Part shown: one piece after another, positions 1 to 13,191 of the stretch
Layout of the letters: every line of letters begins with the position of its first letter
Numbering within the stretch: position 1 is the first letter of the stretch
Origin: Lama guanicoe
Lineage: Eukaryota
DNA: 64,000 nucleotides
Direction: 5' to 3'
Assembly (NCBI GenBank): GCA_013239625.1
Contig: MU053994.1
Span: 2,981,589 to 3,045,588 of the forward strand
The notes under the pieces: model-generated
Told to the model about the DNA's origin: nothing
Databases searched by the model: none
Seen by the model: only the letters and a program-made list of their open reading frames with translations
Translations under genes and position numbers: made by a program

Positions 1-1066
1 GAAAGTTTTCTGCTTATGTTTTTTAAAAAACAAACCAAAGAAAGAAAACAAAAACAGCCACATTTTATCACATTGGACCTCAGTTTCCAGAGATGACAGT
101 GTTTAGTTAGGTAGGACTAGGGTGCTATAAGCCCTCTTTAAGCTCAGCAGTCCTAATGAAAATAATAAAGGCACTAGAGTTAGTATCTCAAAATGCTTTG
201 AAATGGAGAGGGAACCTAGTGACATTAAATACATTCACTGTACTCTGTGATTGGTTACAAGTCACCATTATATTAGCTAAATATTAATGTGTTAAGTTTT
301 TCAGAATAAAATGAAGTATTCTTTCTCTGTCACTCAGAGATATAGTAGACAGAGTGGGTGGATGAATGCTTAAAGAAAAAGAAAGCTAACCAAAAGACTT
401 GTTGTAACAGAATTCACCATTATTGTCTGTCTTTAATGAGTAAACCAATAGTCTCAAAACTAAAAAGACCCTAGAAAAGATCACTGAATAATTGATAAGC
501 ATCCTGTTGAATTCTGACATAAAAAGTTCAAGTCATATGTAGGTTATTGTTTAATATGACCAAGTACTAAGTGATGAATATTAGATCAGATCATCAGCAA
601 ATATTAAAATTTAAGCAGTTTTAACTCTCTACTGTCAGTGAGTTGGTTATCTGTGAAAGTCATGTGGTAGAATACCTCTTTCTCCAGTGATATCATATAA
701 GCACAATGCTAAAACTCAACCTATTAAACATGCTTTCATAATGGCTGGTTTCAAAGACTAAATTGTTTGATAAGTTCAGGGAACAAATCTTTTATTCGGT
801 TTTAGGTCAAATCACCTAGCAGAGTTCCTGGCATGTTGTAGGTGCTTAATTATGAGCTCATTGAATGAATTAATATCTAGTATTTTTTTTAGTAACAGAT
901 AAAAGTTGAGAAATAAGTTTTTTTAAGAAGATAAAGAATGGACATCTTTTTACCTGTAGTTAAGATATAATTGTGATAAATGGATTACTTCCCATATATG
1001 CAGATTGCCTTTCAAGATAAAAATTATATAGATCTAATTCTAATCGCTAATTTTTTGTTTTTCAAG

Positions 1067-1409
1067 ATTTTTACTGAAGGATGGCCAGCTGTGGCTATGT
1101 GCTCCTCAGGCAAAACAAATATGGAAATGCTTAGCGGAGAATGCAGTTTACCTTTGTGATCGTGAAGCCTGTTTTAAGTGGTATTCCAAGTTGATGGGGG
1201 ATGAACCAGACTTGGATCCTGATATTAATAAGGACTTCTTTGAAAGCAATGTACTTCAGCTTGATCCTTCTCTATTAACTGAAAATGGAATGAAATGTTT
1301 TGAGCGATTCTTCAAAGCTGTGAATTGTCGAGAAGGAAAACTAGTAGCAAAAAGGAGAGCATATATGATGGATGATTTGGAGTTGATAGGATTAGACTAC
1401 CTTTGGAGG
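1067..1409 (+). CDS. USP9X: USP9X coding exon (~exon 16); gene begins upstream of window
   Basis: ttcaag|A...AGG|gtaagt; 343 nt; (R)[61 protein letters not shown]...LIGLDYLWR matches USP9X. Confidence 0.95.
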
Positions 1410-1928
1410 GTAAGTGAAAAGTGGGAACTTTGTAAGCATTGTATCTGATGTAGTTTTTCAAATAGGTAAGGAATCAGTTTTACATGTGAATTGTATGTAT
1501 ATATGCTGCTCTGATGCTTATCCCAGGAGGTAATGACACTTCATCTTTGTCCTATTGTGTCTTTTGTCACAGGGTTTTTTCATCTCTCTCTTTACTTCTT
1601 CCTTCTGCCACTGATGTTCTTTTTGTCTTGGCTTAGAATCTGTTTGTTCTGAATGTGTTTAGAAGTACATTAAACATACAAATCTTTCATGCCTCTCCAT
1701 GGAAGTAATTTTCTTCCCTTTTTTTATTCAGTGTAGATCTGTTTCAGTTTTAGCTTATTATATGTTTAATATTAAAATAAATAGAGGACAGAAGAGAAGG
1801 CTTCATTTAGAAAGGATAATGAATGTATTACTTTTATCAGCTCTGTTTAAATTGTGATATTAAATACCTGAGGGAGTAAAGTGTTACCTATTTTAAGGCT
1901 AATGTTTTCACCTTTAGTATTAATATAT

Positions 1929-2385
1929 ATCTATATTTTTTATTGAGATATAATTGACCTACAATGCTATATTAATTTCAGGTATAACAATATAATGATG
2001 TGTACATATTGCAAAATGATTACCACAATAAGTCATTAAAATCTTTCACCACACAATTTTTTTTCCTTGTGATGAGAATTTTTAAGATTTACTCTTTTAG
2101 CACTTACTCTCTTTCAAATAATGCAATATAGTGTCATTAAACTATAGTCACTATGTTGTCCATACGTCCCCAGGACTTAATTTATTTTATAGCTGGAAGT
2201 TTCTACCTTTTTGAACCCCTTCACCCATTTGGCAACCACCAATTTGTTCTCTGTATCTATGAGTTCAATTTTTTGTTTATGTTGATTTTATTTTTTTAGA
2301 TTCCACGTATAAGTGAGATCATACAGCATTCTGACTTATTTTACTTAGCATAATGCCCTCAAGTTCCATCCATGTTTTTGTAGTA
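1929..2385 (-). mobile_element. L1 3' end fragment
   Basis: ttttattgagatataattgac...ttccacgtataagtgagatcatacag...tagcataatgccctcaagttccatccatg; TSD tagtattaatatat at 1915 and 2386. Confidence 0.85.
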
Positions 2386-3164
2386 TAGTATTAATATATT
2401 ATTCCTATCTTTAAAAAAAATCTGACCTGTTCACAGCAATTTATATTGTTTTTGGGATAAGAAATATTTTTCTGAAAATCATAGACAAAGATTCAGTATT
2501 TGATTATTCAAACTTTTCATTAAGTAAGTGGTTTTCAACATTTTTAAACAGGAGAAACCCTTTTGAAAAATCAGAATTTACACAGTATCCAAAATGTAAA
2601 ACTAGTTGAAGTGGGAGCCTGTTTTTTCTTTTGACTTAGTCTCCCTGTGCTTCACCCCCTTCCCCTCCCAAGCCTATTATAGGGATCATCCCTAACTCTT
2701 TATCACTTCTGGAGTTATGCACATGGTTTGAAACTCACTGATATTAGATGAGTGATAAAGATCTATAGAAATGGCGTGGGTGGCCCTTTATGCTAAGATG
2801 TTTTTCATATAACCTTTTATTTCTTTTAAATAATTTGAATTCCTTCTTTAGTGTCTCACTACTTGGTTACCAAGGTATTGAATTGCAGGGTTAAATAATA
2901 CTGATCAAAGCATATTTTATTCTTAGTAAAATGTTTCTTCCATTCGTAAACAAATTGCTTTATTCAAAGACGAGTTTTGCTTTCATTGTATTTGTGGTCT
3001 GTTTTCTCACTTTAATTTTACTTGATTTACTTAATTATCAAAATCGATGTTCTTTTTAAATTATTGAATACTGTATTAAAAATAACTGAAAGTATAGTTT
3101 GAATTGAAATGCCCAACTGAAATATTTATTGAAAGTATTTACGCTTGAATCTTTTTGAACCTAG

Positions 3165-3260
3165 GTCGTGATTCAAAGCAATGACGATATTGCCAGCAGA
3201 GCTATAGATCTGCTTAAAGAGATATACACAAACCTTGGTCCAAGGCTACAGGTCAATCAG
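3165..3260 (+). CDS. USP9X: USP9X coding exon (~17)
   Basis: cctag|GTC...CAG|gtgagg; 96 nt; [32 protein letters not shown]. Confidence 0.95.
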
Positions 3261-3328
3261 GTGAGGACTGACATGTATTAAAACTTCCACAAGTTTGAAT
3301 TCTTATGAAGAACTCTTGTTTATAAAAA

Positions 3329-3395
3329 TTTTTTTCTTGGGGGAAGTAATTAGGTTTATTTATTTTGATGGAAGTACTGGGGATTGAACCGAGGA
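3329..3395 (-). mobile_element. tRNA-derived SINE, 5'-truncated
   Basis: gtaattaggtttatt...gtactggggattgaacc is the reverse complement of the B-box and tail seen in the other copies. Confidence 0.75.
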
Positions 3396-3838
3396 AGAAT
3401 TTCTTTCTTTAATTCAGAATTAACTAGAAATTGTTTTTGTTTCAACTCTCATTAAAAACATATCTAAAACATTCAGTCCATATTTCTCTTACACAAAATG
3501 CTATATGGAAGAGTCTTATTTTGATACTTATCTTGAAGTGATTAATTTGCATATAATTATGACAAGAGATTACAGCTGAATCTCTTGATTCTAATGCCTA
3601 ATCCTGAAGTTCATTTTTTGTGTATCTAATTTATACTAATTTACGTAACTTTAGCTTCTTTTGATGATACATAGTGTCTTTCGTTATCAGTATAGACTCT
3701 AGTTAAATATGATCATGGTTAATTGAGATCTACATTTAAATTGTTGCCATCTTTAATTAGATTACTGTTACATGTGTATATTTAATTTTTACTTTGGAAA
3801 ACAATTTGAACTGTCTTTCTTTGGCCCATTATTTGTAG

Positions 3839-4050
3839 GTGGTAATCCATGAAGACTTCATTCAGTCTTGCTTTGATCGTTTAAAAGCCTCCTATGACAC
3901 ATTGTGTGTTTTGGATGGTGACAAAGACAGTATTAATTGTGCAAGACAGGAAGCTGTTCGAATGGTTCGAGTATTAACTGTGTTAAGGGAGTATATAAAT
4001 GAATGTGACAGCGATTATCATGAGGAAAGAACAATTCTACCTATGTCAAG
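3839..4050 (+). CDS. USP9X: USP9X coding exon (~18)
   Basis: tgtag|GTG...AG|gtttgt; 212 nt; [20 protein letters not shown]...EERTILPMS(R). Confidence 0.95.
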
Positions 4051-4504
4051 GTTTGTGAGTAACTGATCTACTAGTGCTGCTTAATTATTTGTTATTTTCC
4101 TAGCCATTTGAGTTTTTTAAAGTGATGTATAGGAAGAAGAAGAGTTATGAAACATTTCATTTTTGCAAATATTGGTGTCTTGCCTATTAAAAACATTATT
4201 TATATCATACAGAATTTTTTGTTTTGTTTTCTAGGATCTGTCTTGTTTGTTTTTGTTTTTACGGTAGGGCATTCTCACTCATTAAGTCTAGTTTCTTTTT
4301 ATTCTGGGTTTTTTTCCCCCATTGACTATATTACTTATTAAGTGTTTCCAGGGGTATTTTGCAGTTGAAGTGTTTTGGTACCATTCGTTTACACTGTTAA
4401 AGGAATAGCATAGTCAGACCGCAGAATAATTGGAAAGAACCCCTAAAAGGTGCTTTAACAGATAGCCAGTATAGCAAGATATATTTTCAAATGGTCTACT
4501 AACA

Positions 4505-4930
4505 TTTCTCTTTTTTCTTCCAGTTTTATTGAGATATAATTGACATAGAGCCTTTATAAGTTTAAGGTGTACAGAATAGTAATTTGACTTAGTACGACAT
4601 GAAATGATTACCACAAAAAGTTTGAGCGACATCCATCATCTCATAGATACAAAAGAAAAGAAAAAGAAAATACACTCTTGTGACGAGAATGGGATGCCCC
4701 ATTCCCTCCTACCCACCAAAACCACAAGTCTGATCTCTTTTTCTATGAATTTGTCGGATTTTAAAGTATAATTGATCTACAACACACACACAACATAATG
4801 ATCCGATATTTCTGAACATTACATAACGATCACCATAAGTCTAGTTACCGTCTATCACCCCGTGACTCATTTGTTTTGTAACTGGAAGTTTGTGCCTCTT
4901 AAAATTGCCCTCAACTAATTCACTAATCTC
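4505..4930 (-). mobile_element. L1 3'UTR fragment (L1MA-like)
   Basis: ttccagttttattgagatataattgacatag...aagtttaaggtgtacag...atgattaccaca. Confidence 0.75.
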
Positions 4931-5563
4931 CTCATCTGCTAACCTTTCTCTTAAGGTCTCACCATTTAGTAAATTCAAATAGTATGTATACCTTAGAGAT
5001 ATTTATAGAATGAGAGCCATTAGTATTTTAAGAGTTCTCTTTCTAACCATGGAAATTATTAAAATTGCTCCTTGAATATTATTTTTATTTTTTATCTTAC
5101 CTGCAAAAAGGTAATATGGTAACATCAATAGCATTTTGGGGGTGAATTTTGATATTAAGAATTTTCAGAAAAAAAGGTACATCTTGAAATTTTTGTTTAT
5201 ATTCTCAAGATAAATTTTATCTTCCACATTTTAAAAATAGTCTTAGTTGGGCTTTTATAGCATAAAAACAAATGAAATGTTGCTTATGTCTCTGTTTTAA
5301 TGTCTTGTAGCTAGACACCTATAAACCATAGGTACAAGAGTAACAACAATGGAATATGATGGTTGTGTTTTGAAAATTACTTAAAATAATTGTAGTTAAA
5401 AGGAACAGTAAATATTTTCAAGATCCTGAAAATAATGTGTCCTTAACTCACTTTCTCTTGTTTAATAAGAAAATATTCAGTTAAATTCCTAGCTTTATTT
5501 TCTTTGCAAGAAGATTTGAAAGTCTGCTGAATATGATGATGTTTTCCCCTTTTTTCCCCCCAG

Positions 5564-5804
5564 AGCTTTCCGTGGTAAACACCTCTCTTTTATAGTTCGA
5601 TTTCCAAACCAGGGCAGACAGGTTGATGACTTGGATGTATGGTCTCATACAAATGATACAATCGGTTCAGTACGACGATGTATTCTCAATCGTATCAAAG
5701 CCAATGTAGCCCATACAAAAATTGAGCTCTTTGTGGGCGGTGAACTGATAGATCCTGCAGATGATAGAAAGTTGATTGGACAATTAAACTTAAAAGATAA
5801 ATCA
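5564..5804 (+). CDS. USP9X: USP9X coding exon (~19), ubiquitin-like domain
   Basis: ccccag|A...TCA|gtaagt; 241 nt; [45 protein letters not shown]...LNLKDKS. Confidence 0.95.
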
Positions 5805-6144
5805 GTAAGTATCTATAATAATCAAACTTTTCAAGAAAATCAAACCTGGGACTTTGATTTTTAGTAGTCAACATTTCATTCAATAAATGTTAACCTAGGA
5901 TCTGTTATGTGTGAGGCTGTATATTAAGTGTTTGAATTATAACACTAAATAATACAGGCATTATGGTACCTACAGTACAGTAGAGGAAAAGTTTTCTAGA
6001 CACAAAACTATTTAAATGATTGTGTTAAGCAACACATATTTCTAAAAGTGTAGCATGTAGTTTTTTGTTTTTGTTGATAGGTCACTACTTCTGTTTTGTG
6101 TATTTTTCATTGTCTTTGATGCTAAAATAATATATCATTTTCAG

Positions 6145-6294
6145 CTGATTACAGCCAAACTTACACAAATAAGTTCCAACATGCCTTCAAGTCCTGATAG
6201 CTCTTCTGATTCTTCAACTGGATCTCCTGGAAACCATGGTAATCATTACAGTGATGGTCCCAATCCAGAGGTGGAAAGCTGTTTGCCCGGAGTG
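6145..6294 (+). CDS. USP9X: USP9X coding exon (~20)
   Basis: ttcag|CTG...GTG|gtgagt; 150 nt; [50 protein letters not shown]. Confidence 0.95.
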
Positions 6295-7106
6295 GTGAGT
6301 AGATAGTTTTGAGTTACTATATGGAAGGCATTAGGCTAGATTCTTTGAGAGTAAAGTACACAGAATAGTTCTTTTTTCTTGAGCTTATAATTTATTGTAG
6401 CAAAATATCAAATGTACAGTTAACCATTAACTTCAGAATGGATCCCTCTGAGAGGTGATTGTAACTTGGTTGAAATTTAAAGCCACATTTCTGTGTATAG
6501 TGTTATATTTACATAAAACTAGCCTATTACACAATTTAATTATAACTTTTTAATATATTGATAAAAATGCCACTGTATTTTGTATTTGTGCCACAAAAAT
6601 GAATTCTTCAGAACTGTTTCTGTAGGTAAATATTACAGTCTTTTTCAGATTGTGAGTAACATACCTTATTTCTGAAGAAACATTGATTACTCCCTTCCCT
6701 GCCCTCTCCTTCCATCTCTCCCCACAAGAATTTTAATGGCTACAATAATATTAGCCACTCCAGTGTCAGAAGGATTGGCTCCTTACAATAGTTGATTCGG
6801 GAATTTTAACTATTAGTGGGCATGGCAGCCATTTGTATATACAGAGTCTAACTTGTATGTGTGAGAAGAATAGTTTAACAAAATAGTGAAAAGGCTGTCA
6901 CACAGAAATTACCGGAGGTGGCTTGGATAATATATTCAGTCTGCATCATGAAAGATTTGTAAAGGTCAGAAGATAGGGAAGGCAAGCCATTTTAGGGTAG
7001 AAATGACAAAAGCAAAAGTGTGGAAATTAACAAACATTTATTTGGGAGTTTTTCTTTTGGGGTGGTGTAATATACAGGTGAATATTTTGTGTGTTCTGTA
7101 TTCTAG

Positions 7107-7227
7107 ATAATGTCGCTGCATCCCAGATACATCTCTTTCCTTTGGCAAGTTGCAGACTTGGGTAGCAGCCTAAATATGCCACCTCTTAGAGATGGAGCAA
7201 GAGTACTTATGAAACTTATGCCACCAG
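7107..7227 (+). CDS. USP9X: USP9X coding exon (~21)
   Basis: ttctag|ATA...CCAG|gtaaga; 121 nt; [40 protein letters not shown]. Confidence 0.95.
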
Positions 7228-7318
7228 GTAAGAATTTTCTTTTTAAATAATGTTGATAAAGTACATGTTGGACTGTAACAGGGTATATTAGCAAAATCTG
7301 TTCCTAGATGGAAAGTGA

Positions 7319-7654
7319 TAGGAGTTGGCAAACTATATAAGCTCACAGGCCAAATCTAGCCCACTGCCTGTTTTTGTACGGCCCAAGAACTAAGGATGGT
7401 TTTTATATTTTTAAGCTGCTGAAGGAAAAATCAAAAGAATAATATTTTGTGACTTAACGAAAATTAAATGAAATTTAAATTTTGGTGTCCATAAACAAAG
7501 TTTTATTGGTGTACAAGCCATACTCGTTCATTTACGTACTATCAATGGCTTCTTTTGTCTTAGCACAGCAGTAGTTGTGGCAGAGACAATATGGCTTGCA
7601 AAGCCTTAAATATTGACTATCTGGGCCTTTACAGAAACAGTTTACTGACCCCTG
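7319..7654. mobile_element. hAT-Charlie MITE (MER58B-like)
   Basis: TIRs taggagttggcaaact / agtttactgacccctg; about 340 bp; internal sequence resembles MER58 as I recall it. Confidence 0.75.
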
Positions 7655-7699
7655 GACTGTGTTTTGGATTATATGTCATCTATAGCATTGTTCCTTTTT

Positions 7700-7777
7700 T
7701 TTAAAAAAAATTAGATTTGTTTATTTTTAACACACATGCTATGCATTCACTCTACCGCTGAGCTGTACCTCCCCTTG
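7700..7777 (-). mobile_element. tRNA-derived SINE, internally deleted
   Basis: A-box head present (ctctaccgctgagctgtacctcccc), B-box missing; TSD agcattgttccttttt at 7684 and 7778. Confidence 0.8.
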
Positions 7778-10423
7778 AGCATTGTTCCTTTTTTTATTCC
7801 TGGGAAACAGCTACTTTCAATTTGTAGCTTTTATTCTTACCATCTGTAAATAATACCTCATATAACTGTTTATGTCAGTTTTAGATACCTACTGGTTTTC
7901 TGTTGTGTAAATGAAAATTTATCTTAATCCCACATCCTTTGAACTTTTTCTTAAATTCATATTTAGCATTTACTTTTTCCAGAGTATGTGAAAAGTATTT
8001 TGCTGGATTAACGACAACTTTTTTTTTTTAGAACTTAATATTTCCCCCTTTTCATTTTCTTGATTTTCTATATACCTATCGCTGATTCTTCCCACATATT
8101 CTCTAATAACCTCTCAAAATAATTTTCTGTAATTATGTGTATTGTATAATCTTGGCTCCACTGTTGTCCTGGAACTTTTCTCCTTCCTCCTCTCTTCTGG
8201 TTGTTTACTACACAGCTACCATTTTTGGGCTTCTTTCCTCAACTTTCCTATGGCAGATCCCTATTCACTGGCTCCCACATCTCAAGCCTTTCTTGAGCTG
8301 CCATCTCATTTTGCTGAAGCACACCCTCCTGCATTTATTTCAGAAAGAGTACATGGAAGGTAGTTTTGGTTTTTGTTTTTGAAACATTACTTACCTGAAT
8401 GGTTAACCCTCACATTTGATGAGTAGTTTGGGTATAGAATTGTAGGTAGAAAATTTACTCTTATCTAGCTGGTAACATTGGTATGAAGACCAAAGTGCTC
8501 CTGAGTTCTGTTCCTTTGCTTTTGATTTTTCTTTCTGGAAGTTTTGAAATTTGATGATGAGATAGATGCCTTTGAGCAGTCTGTTTTGTGATGGGTATTC
8601 AGTGGGCCTGGAGATTCCTAATTTGTGGGAGTTTTGTGTTCTTTGCTAATTTTTTTCCCAGTGTTTTGCTTTTTGTGGGTCTTTGAAATGCCTGGCTGTG
8701 GTGTTGAATCTACTAAATCTGATTTTATCTTTTCTTTTTCCTTTCTCTCATTAATTTTACTCCAGCTTTGGGGTGATACCTTTAACTTTTTCCAGCTCTT
8801 CTATTTACTTTTTGCCCCCCAGATATTCCACTGTTAAATTTTGAAGATCTTCCTCCAAGTGATCCTTTTCCATAAGATTTTGTTTTTCCTTGAACACACG
8901 TTTCAGTGTTTCTGCTCTAATATATATATGTGTTTTCCTCTAAAACCTAACAGTCTACAAAATTATGCACTAAAAATAACAGAGCTTGTGGAAGAAGAGA
9001 GACTTGGACTGGATCATTCAATCCTATACAACTTAAAAAAATTTTTTTTGTTTTAAAATTTTATTTGGAAACTTTTACAGCCTTACAGAAAAGTTGGAAG
9101 TACAATTCAAGGACTTGAAGGACCATTTGAGAGTAATTTGCTGGTCTGATGTCCCATCATCCTTAAATACTTCATTGTGTATTTCCAACAAACAAGCATG
9201 CTGGCATTCTACTATAATCTAGAGCTTTGCCTTCTCCTATATAAATTATATGTTACCGCTATTTATTCGTGGATTTTTATTTTATCCATTGGGTTATAGC
9301 CATTATAATCATTAGTTATTTTGATGCTCAGTTGTTCCTGGTATGGTCAGTGTATGGACCCACTGTTTTTTGTTTTTTGTTTTTTTTTACATGAATCCAG
9401 TGCCTTTTTATACAGCTTCATCATCTTTTGAATAGTTTTTACTTTCTGGCACAAGGTATTTAAAATTTATCTAGAACTTTCTTTATTCCAACCTTAGAAT
9501 CAGGCATTTCTCCTTTTAGTGAAAGGATATTTAGAACCAGCATCTGAGGGCTAAATTGTGGTCATTGCTACTGGGATGTCCTTGTTTTCCAGGCCTTTTG
9601 AGTTTATACTGGTACTAATCAAAAAAAACAAACATGAGTTTATACTAGTACTAATCCATCTTCTTAGTCTTTCTGTATTTCATAGTTCTGTCTGATCTCT
9701 ACATTAGTGAGAAATCTGCTTCTGAAGCTCATCAGTCTGTTGGGGAGGGAGGTGGGAAAGAAATTTGCTTGTGCAGATTTCAGCCACTCTATTTTCAGAT
9801 CTTTAATTCATCTATACCTTCTCAAATATATTTTGTTTTCATATCCTTAGCCTTTCTAGGATTTCTTGGGGTGCTTATTTATAGGTACTGTTCCCCTTTT
9901 CTCTTACCCCATGAAAAGCACTTCTTGATTCAGCTCAGCCAGATATTTTCTATCCCCCCTACACCTTCGGTAATTTACTGGCATCTCTGATGTTCCTTTA
10001 ACTCCTGTTTCTTTATCCTTTCGAGTTTTTTAATATTAATTCTCCTTTTAATGAGATTTGTTGATGCATTGCTGATAAATGCAATTCAGTAATTGGCCCA
10101 GGTAATTCTTAAAACTGTAATGTATTTACATTATCTCCTTTCTCTAAAGTAGACACCATGTTGATCTTTCGCATCTTGCTTTCTGATTCATAAGACACGG
10201 AACCAGTTCAGATATTAATTAGATTCTTAAATTAGGCTTTTCTTAATGATTTGATTTTAATATAATCTATATCCTTTATCTGTATTGTTTGGAATTTGTG
10301 TTGTTTTATTTACTAGTATCTGAGTAACAATTGTAGTTGTTTTATGTATGCAAATTATAGTTTCACAACATATTTGAAAACAAATCCATCTCAGCATCCC
10401 TGATCTTGTGATTTGAGCATAAT

Positions 10424-10437
10424 GCCACCAGGTGGCG
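10424..10437 (+). promoter_or_regulatory. Candidate CTCF site
   Basis: GCCACCAGGTGGCG fits the CTCF core CCASYAGRKGGCR; sits in a GC-rich patch within an AT-rich intron. Confidence 0.5.
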
Positions 10438-10574
10438 AGAGGGATCTCCTGCCTGGCAGCTCAAGCAGGAAACTTGAGAGTGCTTTTATCATATTTTGTA
10501 TAATCAAAGTATAAATTTGATACTAAATTTGAAATACCCAGCTTTGAAAATACCGGTAATGATTGTATGATAGT

Positions 10575-10810
10575 AAACAAATCATAGGCTTTGGACTCAA
10601 ATGGGCTTGAGTTCAAATCCTGCTCCTTCAGGTTGCTACTCCATGGCTTTAGAATAAGTTTTCTTAGTTTCTCAGAGCTTCCTAATGTGTAAATCTGGGC
10701 TAATAATAACTATTTAATAGAATTACAGGGATTAAATGGGGTGATGTATGGAAAACCCCTAGCCTAGTGACTGGTATTTAATCAGTACCCAACAAATGTT
10801 AACCTACTCA
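10575..10810 (+). mobile_element. MIR fragment
   Basis: ggctttggactc...gagttcaaatcctgctcc...tgtaaatctgggctaataata...caacaaatgtta. Confidence 0.6.
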
Positions 10811-11304
10811 CTATGGTTACTACGTATGTGTGCCCGTGCCTGCACACACTCTTCTTTAAGAAAGGAAGCAGGGGCTCTAAGAAGAGGAGGTAGTTATAAA
10901 TTCTGTTTCTAACATTTGGGTAATTATTTAGTGTTTGTGCACACATGCACTTATTTTAAAAAGAGGGAAAAACAAGACGGAATTAGTAGCTTTTTTGTAG
11001 TCATTGACTTTACCTCTATTCTGAATCTTTGTCTGAAGTCAAGTGCCTTCATTATGATTTGCTGTTAAACTTAGAACTTCTACAGTCATCTCTGTAGGTA
11101 ATTTAATCTCTTGTAACCTAAACTGTGCTCAGGAGCTCCTGTGACCTTTATCTACGTGCATCAGAAAAACAGGTTCTTGCTTGGTACAGAGAAGTTAAAA
11201 TGTATATTGCTTTACCAAGCAGAATGAGTTGCTTTTCTTCTTCAGACATTCCTTTTTCCTAGGATTTTGGTCTTACTAGTATCTTAAAATACGCCAAAAT
11301 CTAT

Positions 11305-11520
11305 TAAAAGCACTTGACACTTGTTAACTCATTTAAACCTCACAACATCCCTATGAGGAGATTATTATAGAATTTTTATTTGTATTTTAAAGATGGGAAA
11401 ACTGAGGCACAGAGACATTAACTTACTTTTGACCAGGGACACACAAGTTAAATGGCAGTTCTGGGATAATACGTGCATTTGGGCTCCAAGGTTTGTACCG
11501 TTAACCTGTGTGTTACTGCT
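11305..11520 (-). mobile_element. MIR fragment
   Basis: ctcatttaaacctcacaacatccctatgagg...agatgggaaaactgaggcacagag core. Confidence 0.7.
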
Positions 11521-12167
11521 CATCCTTTTCTATACTTTTTAATAGTACATTGCTATAATCATATAATTGATTAGGCTTAAGTGTCTTTTCAGAGAAGACT
11601 AGAAAGAAGTAAACTAAAATCTTAACTGTATCTGGATGATAGGATTATGAGCAGTTTAAATTTTTCTGTTTTCCTTATTTTGTTAAATGAGTATGTTTAT
11701 AATCGGAGACCTAAGATCATTTAGGTTCATGAATGCTAAAGCTAGAATGGCCACTAAGATGATTTTGTTCAAATCTCTCAAATGAATAAGCTATAATCCA
11801 ACAACGATAAATTATTTACTTAAAATTCAGTGCTTCCTTTTCTTAGACCTCTTGTTTCTTTTCTCCTATTTTGCCTCCATTCTTTACTTAGAATATTTTT
11901 AAACTAAGTAAGATATTCTCAGATAGCACATATGAATTGGTTTCCTTTTAGAGAGTAATTTGGTGGTATATTTCAGAAGTCTTAGACCTTGCAGTTCCTT
12001 CTGCTTGCAGGATTATTGCCTGATGAAGTACTGCAAAGATTTAGCTGCTAGGATCTTTAATGTTGGGGGAAAAATTAGAGGAAAACCTAAACACCCACTG
12101 TTAAAGAGATTAAACTTATATACTAGTAAAGTGACATGTTATTTTAATTGTTAATTAAAAATAATAT

Positions 12168-12320
12168 GGGAGAGGGTGTAGCTCAGTGGTAGAGTGCATG
12201 CTTAACATACATGAGGTCCTGGATTCAATCCCCAGTACCTCTGTATAAAAATTAAAAAGAAAAAAAGAAAGAAACCTAATTTACCCCTCCCCTCCACAGA
12301 AAAAGAAAAAATTCAAAAAA
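12168..12320 (+). mobile_element. tRNA-Ala-derived SINE (camelid Vic-1-like)
   Basis: gggagagggtgtagctcagtggtagagtgcatgcttaacat...ggattcaatccccagtacc, then A-rich spacer, aaacctaatttacccc, poly(A). Confidence 0.88.
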
Positions 12321-13191
12321 ATTATATAGGGGATGAATATTTAATGACATGAGGAGATATTCACAAATGTTTCATTATTAAAACTTAATATTTCATTTAG
12401 TTATATGTCACTGTCCCTTCAGAATAGGTAGTACCAACAATTTTAACACAAATTGAAGATTTTTTGGTAAGATATTTCCAGGCCTGTAAAAATTAGCCTG
12501 CCCTTTGGATTGAGTGCCCCTGAGGAAACACAGCTGTTACCCAGATTTGGGTGATGGTGGTGATCAACGTGTTAAGGAAATTACAGTAATTTCCAGTTAT
12601 CTTTATTCCCCCCCAAAAAAAAGTTTTCTTGAAAACATCTTATTTTTTAAAAAAAATTTTTAAGTGATATTTTAATCATCTGGCATTTACCTCAGAAATA
12701 ATTTATTGAAATACTTTTTGAAGGTGATTGACTATTAAGTTTGAGTGGTAGCTAATGATAGGATTTGTTTTTTTTTAATCTTTTCACTGTGATTTAAATG
12801 AAATTCATCTTTTAATATTATGATCAAAAAAATCAAGAGAAGTTAGAAGGAAGAGCTTGTCATGTTTTCTGTTTTGTTATTTTCATTAAGAACATCTTCC
12901 TTTTGAAGTGTATTTTTTTGGTCTCCAGTGCCTGAAGAGGACATGTCGATTTGAAGTCTGAGTAAGAGGCGACTGCTTCCTTTGTGTTTGGGTTGACTGA
13001 TTAAACAGCCCTGGTTGATGGTGACTTTTTTTTTTAAATCAATCCAGATCTGGTTATATCTTGTGAAGTTTGAGCCTATAACTCAACTGAATTTATTGTT
13101 ACTCCATACTAAAGTAGTCTTCAGAATATCAAAAGTGAAATACTATGACCACATGAATTATATTTTGTTTTGGACTCTTTTTTTCTTACAG

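Noticed and set aside
8137..9056. Cluster of 70-81 aa hydrophobic ORFs
   Set aside because: F/L-rich translations of T-rich, probably old-repeat intronic DNA; mostly non-ATG starts and no homology recognised.
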